Origin: an uncultured Verrucomicrobiae bacterium
Lineage (GTDB): Bacteria; Verrucomicrobiota; Verrucomicrobiia; Palsa-1439
Assembly: GCA_963812605.1 (NCBI GenBank)
Contig: CAWEWF010000001.1
Span: 576,001 to 640,000, forward strand
Direction: 5' to 3'
Length of the DNA stretch: 64,000 nucleotides
Below are positions 1 through 8,108 of this stretch, piece by piece (the stretch's first letter is position 1; each line of letters starts with the position of its first letter). The notes below the pieces were generated by a model, which was given only the letters and a program-made list of their open reading frames with translations, ran no database searches and had not been told where the DNA came from. Made by a program: the position numbers and the translations under genes.

Positions 1-17
1 ATTTTGTAAATAGACAA

Positions 18-215
18 ATGAGCAGTCCTTCAAAAAATCGTCTCTGGGAAACCCTGACCCGTCCCATTCCTCTAAAATGGACGTGGAAGGACGGGGTGGC
101 GCTCGCCATCCTGGCCTTGATCGTCCTGATCAAGAATGCCCTTTCCAAGTCGGGCACAAGCGGCCATCGCCTGCTTGCTTTTCCACCCGTGTACGTTATA
201 TTCGCACTGCCATAA
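18..215 (+). CDS. small hypothetical membrane protein
   Basis: 65-aa ORF with one hydrophobic stretch (GVALAILALIVLI); no recognised family. Confidence 0.3.
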   Translation: MSSPSKNRLWETLTRPIPLKWTWKDGVALAILALIVLIKNALSKSGTSGHRLLAFPPVYVIFALP

Positions 216-221
216 CACGGC

Positions 222-227
222 TATATT
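222..227 (+). promoter_or_regulatory. candidate -10 element for ssrA
   Basis: TATATT ending 5 nt upstream of the tmRNA 5' end; no convincing -35. Confidence 0.35.
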
Positions 228-232
228 CTCAT

Positions 233-587
233 GGGGGCGAAACGGATTCGACTTTGTGGGGTGAGCGTGAGCGGCATGCCGAGGTTGTCAGGAGGCCTCG
301 TTAAAAACCTGGCAAAAACATAACTGCGAATCACGAACTCGCACTCGCGGCTTAATTGTCCGCGACGTTCCGCCTGCGACACCTGCTGGTGGGGTCGGAA
401 CGACGATAGCAGGTTAGTCTATGGATGTCGTCTTCAGGTCCATGGATGAAACACTAACTGGAGGCTGGCGCGGCGGGTGGCCTGTCCATTGGCAGCACGC
501 CGGGCGAGACCCAAAGATGGAATAAGCATGTAGTCACTTGCGTGCGCTTTGCAGAGGACGTGGGTTCAACTCCCACCGCCTCCACCA
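233..587 (+). ncRNA. ssrA: tmRNA (transfer-messenger RNA)
   Basis: 5' GGGGGCGAAACGGATTCGAC; 3' GTGGGTTCAACTCCCACCGCCTCCACCA with T-arm and CCA; acceptor stem GGGGGCG/CGCCTCC with G3.U wobble; tag frame 326-355 encodes ANHELALAA-stop after TAACT. Confidence 0.97.
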
Positions 588-2087
588 CTTTGAACTTGGC
601 GTGAAATCATCGACCGCGCTCGGCGCGGCAACGGTGGTTTCAGCCAAGAAATTCCAGGGTTTTCTGAAGGTAACAGTTAAGGTCTGCTCGCGTAAAAGGC
701 GGTTCGAGCAGACCTTTTTAAGGAACCCTTTCATTTCTAACCAGTTTTGGTCAGTCAGCCATTCTTCGGCCTTGTTTGCCTCAAAAAGCCAGTTTTTGAG
801 GGGTTCGAGCCGATGAGCATGGTTTGACTCCAAAGTGGTGATTTGACCCTCCAATTCGACCTTGCGGGGCAGGAGGGGGTTTTTGAGTTCCTTGAACTCC
901 TCAATATCGAGTGACCCGTCGGCAAAGCCGTTGTTGATGCGGTCGATCTTGGTCTTGATCGCCGCCAACTCGGCTTTGAGTCGGTCGATCTGTATTTGCC
1001 TCCGTACCGTCTCCTCCTCTTCCCACGTTTCAACTTTGGCGAGAAACCGTTCCTTCCATTCGATGGGAAGGGCGACTAGCTGCGTGTTCCGTTTCACTTC
1101 ATCGGCGAACGTGTCTTTGCGAATGTACGAGCGGTCTTCGCAATGCACCTTCTTGTTCTTGTGGGTGCATCGGTAGTAGTCGAAGCGAAGGCCGCTCTTT
1201 TTGATATGCCGTTCGCCGGTGATACAATGGCCACAGGAACCGCAGGTAGCGAAATTCAGGAAGAGAAATCCTTTGTCGTCGCGATGCTTGCGAGGCTTCG
1301 CGACGGCAACAAGCGCTTCTTGAATCTGATCGAAGGTTTTCTTCGAAATCATGGGCTGGTGCACGCCGTGGTGCACTTCGCCCTTGTGCAGAAAAACGCC
1401 ATAGTAGAAGTGGCAGCGGAGCAGGTTGCCGACGGAAGAAAGTGGTAGTGGCTTGCCATTCTGTCGGCCTAGAATACCAAGCTTGGTTGACTCTTTCTGG
1501 ATGGCGGTGAGCGAATATTCGCCTGTGGCGAATAGCTCCAAAAGCCGCTTCACCTTGGGAAAAAGCTCTGGATGGGGTTCGATGGTGCGGAGGCGTGGTT
1601 CATTTACATAGCCAAGTGGTGCTCTGCCGGACCATACGCCGCGTCGAACCTTCTCGCGGATGCCCCTGCGGATATTTACGGAGAGATCGCGGACGTATTG
1701 GTTCGCCATGCCGAGTTCAACTGCTATCATGAGCACGTTGTCGGATGGCAGGTACGTTCTTTCAAAGGCGCGGATTTCCTGAATGACGCCTCGCTGGAGC
1801 AACCCGATGATCTTTCCCCCGTCATCGAAGTTGCGGGCGAGTCTATCGAGCTTCCATGAAAGAATGGCATTCGCCTCGCCGCGTTCGATGCGGGCTAGCA
1901 TGTCGTTGAAGATTGGTCGGCCAGGCTCCTTGGCGCTCCGACTTTCGGTAAATGTTTCGACGATCACCAAGCCGTCTTGCCGCGCGATCGAGTTCAATTC
2001 GGAAAGCTGGGCTTCGATGGAAAGAATTTGTCTGTCTTCATCCTCCGTCGATTTGCGCGCATATACGAAGTATTTCAGCATGGACAT
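534..2087 (-). CDS. large serine recombinase (integrase)
   Basis: YARKS catalytic motif, WKLDRLAR, recombinase domain (APLGY), Zn ribbon (CGSC...C...C), coiled coil; the last 54 nt overlap tmRNA antisense. Confidence 0.95.
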   Translation of the reverse strand: MSMLKYFVYARKSTEDEDRQILSIEAQLSELNSIARQDGLVIVETFTESRSAKEPGRPIFNDMLARIERGEANAILSWKLDRLARNFDDGGKIIGLLQRGVIQEIRAFERTYLPSDNVLMIAVELGMANQYVRDLSVNIRRGIREKVRRGVWSGRAPLGYVNEPRLRTIEPHPELFPKVKRLLELFATGEYSLTAIQKESTKLGILGRQNGKPLPLSSVGNLLRCHFYYGVFLHKGEVHHGVHQPMISKKTFDQIQEALVAVAKPRKHRDDKGFLFLNFATCGSCGHCITGERHIKKSGLRFDYYRCTHKNKKVHCEDRSYIRKDTFADEVKRNTQLVALPIEWKERFLAKVETWEEEETVRRQIQIDRLKAELAAIKTKIDRINNGFADGSLDIEEFKELKNPLLPRKVELEGQITTLESNHAHRLEPLKNWLFEANKAEEWLTDQNWLEMKGFLKKVCSNRLLREQTLTVTFRKPWNFLAETTVAAPSAVDDFTPSSKWWRRWELNPRPLQSARK

Positions 2088-2123
2088 AGTCTAGCAGATT
2101 TCATAAATGATTGCGATATAAAA

Positions 2124-2531
2124 ATGAAGCGTCAGAAACATTTTACAATACCGAAAGCACTGCTCAAGAAACTGCGGGGTAATTCCTCGTCGGAGCGCCT
2201 GCTGCATCGCCTGCATGCCGTCGCGCTCGTTGCTGGCGGGCTTTCGGCTAGTGAAGTCGGGCAAATCTACGGTGATTCCCCCCGTGCTGTGGCCTATTGG
2301 GTGACTCAATACAGGAAGAGCGGCTTTGAAGGACTACAGGAGGAGGATCGCCCTGGTCGTCCGGCGCAATTAAGCCCAACGCAGATGAAGAAGCTGCAAA
2401 CTTTTGTGGAACAATCTCGTGCGAGATCACGAACGGTGAATGCGAACATCCTCTCCAAGTATATCAAAGAAGAGTTCGGCATTTCTCTTAGCACCCCTCA
2501 GTGTTGGCGGATTCTTAATCGATTGAAATGA
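2124..2531 (+). CDS. HTH DNA-binding protein resembling the N-terminal region of IS630 transposases, with no DDE domain
   Basis: RLHAVAL...SASEVGQIYG...YWVTQYRKSGFEGL...RPGRPAQLS...IKEEFGISLS...WRILNRL; 135 aa; divergent from the integrase across 36 bp. Confidence 0.8.
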   Translation: MKRQKHFTIPKALLKKLRGNSSSERLLHRLHAVALVAGGLSASEVGQIYGDSPRAVAYWVTQYRKSGFEGLQEEDRPGRPAQLSPTQMKKLQTFVEQSRARSRTVNANILSKYIKEEFGISLSTPQCWRILNRLK

Positions 2532-2603
2532 GTGAGTGTTGTGGTTGTCGGGTGTTTCTTTAGGCTCGATGGTGCGTATGCGGCGCCAGCAGTGAAGCTG
2601 GTC

Positions 2604-2780
2604 CCGCCTTTTACGCGAGCAGACCTTAACTGTTACCTTCAGAAAACCCTGGAATTTCTTGGCTGAAACCACCGTTGCCGCGCCGAGCGCGGTCGATGAT
2701 TTCACGCCAAGTTCAAAGTGGTGGTGCCTTCTGGAGAAAGTTCGTACCTTTTTTAATGAAAATCCAGTCTGATTTGGGTA
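2604..2780. repeat. internal inverted copy of reconstituted attP (177 bp)
   Basis: 2604-2724 is the exact reverse complement of 582-702 (121 bp); 2719-2780 is the exact reverse complement of 3386-3447 (62 bp); the two overlap at TGGTGG. Confidence 0.95.
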
Positions 2781-3447
2781 AGGGAGCAATGGCTCCGTGA
2801 AGAGATCCGCGCGAACCGAATCATGATTCTTGAACTGATGAAATGGGGGGTAGTAGTTCTGTCCGGCGTTACGTCATCGCTATATTTTGTTCGGCGTAAC
2901 GTGGCGAAGCACTTGGCGGCACTCGGTGCACACCTTCGCCGTCGATGGGGTAAGAGGGGTATCGACGTAGCACAAGGGGGGTGTAGCCGAAGCGTATGTA
3001 ACCCGAGCCGATCCATCTGCGTAGCTGCGAAACGGGAGGGGAAAAGGTGTCGAGAGGAAACCTGGGGAGGCTTCCTCCCTGTTTTCCTGCGAACCCGTTT
3101 CCGGGTTCTTGTCTCCCGCGTAAGCGGGCTGTCCCACCCGTGTTCGACCCGTTAAAGGACATTGTCCTTTAACACGTTCCCGTGCGTGGGTGAACCCGTT
3201 GTGTCGCCTCTGCGACGAGCGCGAGCACGGCCTGCCCTGAGGCCGCGCGCAGCCCGATTCCGCGTGAGCGGAAAACCTATGGAAGTAGGGGATGTCAAAC
3301 GAGGGGTGAACCACGACAAAACCGTTGTAAACATTGACTCATCTGGGATCAGCACCCCTCCCCACAGTGGGGAAGGGTGTGGGGATACCCAAATCAGACT
3401 GGATTTTCATTAAAAAAGGTACGAACTTTCTCCAGAAGGCACCACCA

Positions 3448-3493
3448 TTCGACGCGCCCTTCGCTCAAGCGAAGGGCTTGCTCATGGCAGGCC
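3448..3493 (+). repeat. REP-like palindrome / hairpin downstream of the right junction
   Basis: TTCGAC...GCCCTTCGC-TCAA-GCGAAGGGC...GCTCATGGC; 9-bp perfect stem at 3456-3477. Confidence 0.6.
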
Positions 3494-3545
3494 ATTCCAC
3501 TAAATTCGACACAGACTCTTTGCACGCCAGCGCGGCGAATGGGCG

Positions 3546-3833
3546 ATGAACTCCTACACCTATATTCTTCTCTGTGCCGATGATTCTCTGTATGTTGGGC
3601 ACACGCACGATTTGAGTTTGCGGGTCGATGCACACGACACAGGTCGCGGCGCTCTTCACACCGCCAAACATGGAGTTGCTCGACTGGTCTACTCAGAAGA
3701 ACATGCCACCGAAGCGCTAGCCGTGGCACGCGAACTTCAGATCAAGAAATGGAGTCGTGCGAAGAAGATGGCGCTCATCAATGGGGATTTTGAGCGACTA
3801 CGCGAACTCAGCCGGAGCCGAGACAAATTCTAA
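3546..3833 (+). CDS. GIY-YIG nuclease family protein (UPF0213-like)
   Basis: YTYILLCADDSLYVGHT...R...H...ARELQIKKWSRAKKMALI. Confidence 0.9.
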   Translation: MNSYTYILLCADDSLYVGHTHDLSLRVDAHDTGRGALHTAKHGVARLVYSEEHATEALAVARELQIKKWSRAKKMALINGDFERLRELSRSRDKF

Positions 3834-3876
3834 AGCGTTGCGAAAGGCTGCTCAAAGGCGGTGGAACATCCTGCGG

Positions 3877-4683
3877 ATGACCGTCATGTTCGAGGGAAAG
3901 ACCCGGCGGCGTAATCGGCTTCAGGCACAAACCTTCCCCGCATTGTGGGGGGCCATCCTGCAGCAAAACGTCTCGTACTATCAGCGGCTCACCCCGTCCG
4001 AGCGCAAGGAATTGCACGGTGACATTCAGGTGTTCATCGCGGAGAAAAACTTCGAAGGGTGCGGCGGCCTGGAAATTACCGAGGAGATCAAAGTCACTAT
4101 TGCCGCTTACGCCTGCATCCTGTTGCTGAACCGCCGGCACGATTTTTATCCGCGTCTGCGATCCATCCTCGTCTATCCTGATGCCTATCCCGCGGCGGTG
4201 GTGCGAATCGCGCCGGGAAACATCGCAATCGAAGGCCACGAGATGCGCGCCGGGGAATCCTGGCGGACTGGGGCGGTGGTCCTATCGTGGAACCATGTCC
4301 TGCGTCGCCCGGCGGCGGTTCCGGAGGGCCGAAATGTGGCGCTCCATGAGTTCGCGCATCAGCTCGACCACGAGAATGGCTTTACCAACGGCGCCCCGGT
4401 CTTGCCGACAACTTCCCAATATGCCACGTGGGCCCGCGTTCTCGGGAGTGAGTTCGCTACCTTGTCCAAACAAACCGCGGCTGAACAGCCGACGCTCATC
4501 GATAAGTATGGCGCAACCGAACCGGCCGAGTTCTTCGCTGTCGTCACGGAATATTTCTTTGAAAAATCGGCCCAGCTCCAACAGCGGCATCCCGAACTTT
4601 ACGAGGAGTTAAGGCGTTTCTACCGCCAGGACCCGGTCAGCACGGATCGCATGGAATCACCAACGCGCCAGACCCCAAAATAA
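3877..4683 (+). CDS. zinc metallopeptidase, M90/MtfA family
   Basis: FIAEKNFEGCGGLEIT, ILVYP, GESW, NVALHEFAHQLD, YGATEPAEFFAV. Confidence 0.9.
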   Translation: MTVMFEGKTRRRNRLQAQTFPALWGAILQQNVSYYQRLTPSERKELHGDIQVFIAEKNFEGCGGLEITEEIKVTIAAYACILLLNRRHDFYPRLRSILVYPDAYPAAVVRIAPGNIAIEGHEMRAGESWRTGAVVLSWNHVLRRPAAVPEGRNVALHEFAHQLDHENGFTNGAPVLPTTSQYATWARVLGSEFATLSKQTAAEQPTLIDKYGATEPAEFFAVVTEYFFEKSAQLQQRHPELYEELRRFYRQDPVSTDRMESPTRQTPK

Positions 4684-4746
4684 ATGCACCCCAACGGCCA
4701 CGCAGGGCCGCCGGGGTGCATGGAACTGCTTGGCCTTTGGGAAGGC

Positions 4747-4983
4747 TTACTTCCGTTTTTGCGCGGCCTTGATCTTGGCCCAACGAGCGCGCTGTGCCGC
4801 CGCGATCCGCTCACGAGCGGCCGCCGAAAACCTCGGCTTGCGCCGGGTTATCAACTTGGAACCGGTAACTCCTCCATCCAGGGATGAAAGCGCCTTGAGC
4901 GCGAGGTTGAGCTTTTCGAGTTCGTGCTCTGCGTGTCGGCGTTGAATCTGCAACTGCTGAACAACTTGATTGATACTAGACAT
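4747..4983 (-). CDS. small basic coiled-coil protein, possibly nucleoid-associated
   Basis: N-terminal coiled coil plus FSAAARERIAAAQRARWAKIK; GGAGGA RBS. Confidence 0.7.
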   Translation of the reverse strand: MSSINQVVQQLQIQRRHAEHELEKLNLALKALSSLDGGVTGSKLITRRKPRFSAAARERIAAAQRARWAKIKAAQKRK

Positions 4984-5188
4984 GATCCTCCGGGACTGGT
5001 TATTGCTCACATGACAATTTCACTCACGCGAATAGTGTAACAACATCGTAGCGTTAGTTCAACTGTTTCGTGTGACGATCGGTCCTAAGGATCCATGAGG
5101 CGATGTTGTTTGATTTCAACCCCAATGGGTTTATAATGCCGGGAAAGAAATTGGCAAGTGTTGGCGGTCAGCAAAGGAATACCATTCG

Positions 5189-5518
5189 ATGAAGAAGCGG
5201 ATTTTATTGATGATAACAGCCGTGGCGACATTCGCGGGAATTGGCTGCGAGGAGCCGCGTCCACGGCCTGTGCCACCTCCTCCCCAGTATCGCACCCAGC
5301 CGATGGGCCTGGCGGACATCAAGATGCTCGCGAAATCGGGTGTCAGCGACGAAGTCATCCTTAGCCAGATTCGCAACTCGCGTACCGTCTACCACCTCAG
5401 CGCAGCGGAGATCTTGGACCTGAAGGACGCCGGTGTGAGCGAGAAAGTGATCGACTTTATGATCAACACGGCGAGCCAGTATCGTCCCCCGGGCCCTCCT
5501 CCTCCGCCGTCTTATTGA
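5189..5518 (+). CDS. hypothetical lipoprotein
   Basis: signal peptide ending GIGC; repeated DIKMLAKSGVSDEVI / EILDLKDAGVSEKVI motif. Confidence 0.75.
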   Translation: MKKRILLMITAVATFAGIGCEEPRPRPVPPPPQYRTQPMGLADIKMLAKSGVSDEVILSQIRNSRTVYHLSAAEILDLKDAGVSEKVIDFMINTASQYRPPGPPPPPSY

Positions 5519-5611
5519 GGAACGACCGGTTGCCATTTGTTCGACGTGTTGCCTCGGTGCGGTCCCGCGCGGGTTCCGGCTCGGATTGGTTGTGCCGTTG
5601 AGACGATAGGG

Positions 5612-6967
5612 ATGCTGAAACACCGTTTCACGTTGGTTTACCGCTGGGTGAGAAATCTGCTTTCGGTGGCGGTCGCCGTGGTCTTTTTGCTGCTGCCGGG
5701 TCTGACGACCATCCGGGACCTTGCGGATCCAGGCCTGAGGCGACCGGGTATCCCGGAGAAAGCCTGGCGGATGCATCGTTATCTGACGCCGCTTATCCAG
5801 CGGTGGGCGCGGGAGCGCATCGCGTCCAAGCGCGCGGCGCACTTGAATCTCTACGATGTTCCCAGCACCGAGTGGCCGATGTTCACCTGCGTGTTTTATT
5901 TGCGGGCGACCGAAGCCTTGCAGGCGGCGTGGGAAAAGGACCATCAACTGTCCCGCGAGGCCCCGTTAACCTACTCACGGGACACGGTGGAAGCCGCGAA
6001 GGACCTGCTGCTCGATCCCAACCATCACACGTGGGTGCGCCAGCATTGGGGGGACGACTACTGGCACACCCAGAATGTGTTTTTTCGCTCGTTGGTTATT
6101 TCAGGAATCACCAGCTACGAGCAACTCGACGGGCGGGGTCAGTACCGACCGTTCTTACGGGACCAGGTGGACACGTTATCGGCGTCGCTGGATCAGTCGA
6201 AACTGGGTTTGTTGGAAGATTACCCGAATGAATGTTATCCGATTGATGTCGTCGCGGCGATTGCGTGGATCAAACGCGCGGATGAGTTGCTCGGCATCGA
6301 TCGCTCGGAATTCTATGCGCGGTCGTTGCGGGCTTTTGTGGGGGCGCAGTCGGATGGACGGGGATTGGTTCCCTACACGGTTGACTATTTGAAGGGAAGG
6401 GTGGATGAACCGTCGCGCGGGATTGGCAATTCGCACGTCCTGATGTCCGCTCCCGATCTGTGGCCCGCACAAGCGGAAACCTGGTATGATCTTTATGAAA
6501 AACATTTCTGGCAGGAACGCTGGTGGGCGGCCGGCTTTCGCGAGTATCCAAAGGATGTCACGGACTACAGTTGGTACGATGTGGATTCGGGGCCGATTGT
6601 CGATGGCTTCAGCATTTCCGGCAACGCATTCGCGGTCGCGGCATCGCGGATCAACGGACGCTTCGATCATGCCTTCACGATCAGCGCCCAGGTGCTGACC
6701 GCGTGCTGGCCTTTGCCCAACGGCCTGCAACTTGGCCCGCGCCTCATTTGTCTGTCCGCCGGCGATCACGCACCCTATCTCGGCGAATCCGCGATCATGT
6801 TCTTCCTTACGCAAAACCCAAAAGAAGGCATCCCGGTGAGGACCGGCGGACATCTGGTTGGTTCCGTGTACCTTGGTCTGTTATTCTACCTCGGATTTGG
6901 CGGACTCATGCTGTGGTTGTCCATCCGCGATATGCAAAAGTTGTGGCGAGAAAAGCATCCCCATTAG
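5612..6967 (+). CDS. membrane-anchored protein, possibly linalool dehydratase/isomerase-like
   Basis: N- and C-terminal TM segments; LLEDYPNECYPIDV, GFREYP and DVDSGP motifs; function uncertain. Confidence 0.55.
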   Translation: MLKHRFTLVYRWVRNLLSVAVAVVFLLLPGLTTIRDLADPGLRRPGIPEKAWRMHRYLTPLIQRWARERIASKRAAHLNLYDVPSTEWPMFTCVFYLRATEALQAAWEKDHQLSREAPLTYSRDTVEAAKDLLLDPNHHTWVRQHWGDDYWHTQNVFFRSLVISGITSYEQLDGRGQYRPFLRDQVDTLSASLDQSKLGLLEDYPNECYPIDVVAAIAWIKRADELLGIDRSEFYARSLRAFVGAQSDGRGLVPYTVDYLKGRVDEPSRGIGNSHVLMSAPDLWPAQAETWYDLYEKHFWQERWWAAGFREYPKDVTDYSWYDVDSGPIVDGFSISGNAFAVAASRINGRFDHAFTISAQVLTACWPLPNGLQLGPRLICLSAGDHAPYLGESAIMFFLTQNPKEGIPVRTGGHLVGSVYLGLLFYLGFGGLMLWLSIRDMQKLWREKHPH

Positions 6968-7070
6968 CGTCGCTGAAAATCTTCCGACCCATTTTCGCCC
7001 TTTCGGTATTGCGCCCATCGACAAGATTTGCATTGATTTTATGGTCGGTTTGCACGAGACGTTAGGGACA

Positions 7071-8108
7071 ATGAGGTGGTTGGTGGCTTTCTTCACGGTC
7101 GGATTTTGCTGTGCCCTGTCGCTGGTCGCATTGGCAGCGGACCCCGGGCCGGTCGAGTCCCTGAAGAGCTTCAGTGACTTCACGGAGGTCGATTTCAACC
7201 GTCTGCTGAACGGGGATGTGCTCTCGGAACGCGGTTCGTTGATGGATTTTCCCAACGGGATTTCGGCGCAAACCTGTTTCGTGGTGCCGCTATCGGCGGA
7301 AGAAACCGCGAGGCGACTGCAATTGTGGGACCCATCACCGCATCCCGAGTTGAAAGTTTTCGCCTTCCACTCGCTCCATACGCCCTGTGAATTGGCGGAC
7401 TTTCAGCCATTGGATTTCAAGACCAGCCAGCACCCGGTGCGCTGGTTGTTCGACAAAATCGTCGCTTCAACCCCGGCCAAGTCCGATCTGAATCTGACGC
7501 ATACCGAAGCCCAGCAACTGTCTGGTTGCATCGCGAAGCACGCTGATCCGCAGAAAGTGTCCGAGTGCATGGCAGCGTTCCTGCTGGGCCGCGCGTCGGC
7601 ATTTCAGCAAAAAGGGCTCGACGGGGTCCAACCTTACGAGACAGAGGGAGCGTCGATCTCGCCGGTCGTCCAGTTGCGCGCCATGCTGCGCGAACAACTC
7701 GCCATCGCCCACGAATTCTCGCCCATTCTGAAGAAGATCGGGCTGCTGGGGAATGAGACCGTCCCCTCGCTGACGCCGTTCTACTACTGGACTCTCTTCG
7801 ACGCCGACTATCACGGGACGATCAGTTTGGGGGCGGTGTATCAGTTGGCGGTGGGCGATCATTTCCAACTCGTGGATATGGAGTATTACGTCAGCGGCAA
7901 CTACTACACCTCGGCTACGGTTTTTGAAGTTTGGCCGATACGTGTCGGCGGGAAGCCCGGGGCGTTGGTGTGGCGCGGTGATTTCTTTGCGGCGCCGATG
8001 CTGGCCTTCACCAAGGGGACCGAGCGTATCGCCTACGGCGCGCTCATGCTGCAAGACATCAAAAAAGAGATTCACTGTTTTCAGGATGAGGCAAAGACGA
8101 GGAAATGA
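7071..8108 (+). CDS. hypothetical exported protein
   Basis: signal peptide; long ORF overlapping the next gene (ATGA). Confidence 0.7.
   Translation: MRWLVAFFTVGFCCALSLVALAADPGPVESLKSFSDFTEVDFNRLLNGDVLSERGSLMDFPNGISAQTCFVVPLSAEETARRLQLWDPSPHPELKVFAFHSLHTPCELADFQPLDFKTSQHPVRWLFDKIVASTPAKSDLNLTHTEAQQLSGCIAKHADPQKVSECMAAFLLGRASAFQQKGLDGVQPYETEGASISPVVQLRAMLREQLAIAHEFSPILKKIGLLGNETVPSLTPFYYWTLFDADYHGTISLGAVYQLAVGDHFQLVDMEYYVSGNYYTSATVFEVWPIRVGGKPGALVWRGDFFAAPMLAFTKGTERIAYGALMLQDIKKEIHCFQDEAKTRK

Larger units (their letters stand above)
588..3447. mobile_element. minimal integrative element at the tmRNA 3' end; core CCACCA at 582-587 (left junction) and 3442-3447 (right junction)
   Basis: joining 3386-3447 to 588 onward restores an uninterrupted recombinase 3' end, and exactly that joined sequence is present inverted at 2604-2780. 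Confidence 0.9.

Noticed and set aside
553-587. Separate tRNA gene suggested by the T-arm and CCA
   Set aside because: It is the 3' tRNA-like domain of tmRNA and pairs with 233-239.
538-816. ORF 538..816, nearly identical in part to ORF 2427..2789 (and 3377..3583)
   Set aside because: These are shadow translations of the att repeats, not paralogous genes.
2124-2780. Intact IS630 element
   Set aside because: No DDE frame, terminal inverted repeats or TA duplication are visible; the nearby repeat is the attP copy.
2823-3413. ORFs 2823..3155, 2880..3314 and 3162..3413
   Set aside because: Arg/Pro-rich translations of the hairpin region with no recognisable motifs.
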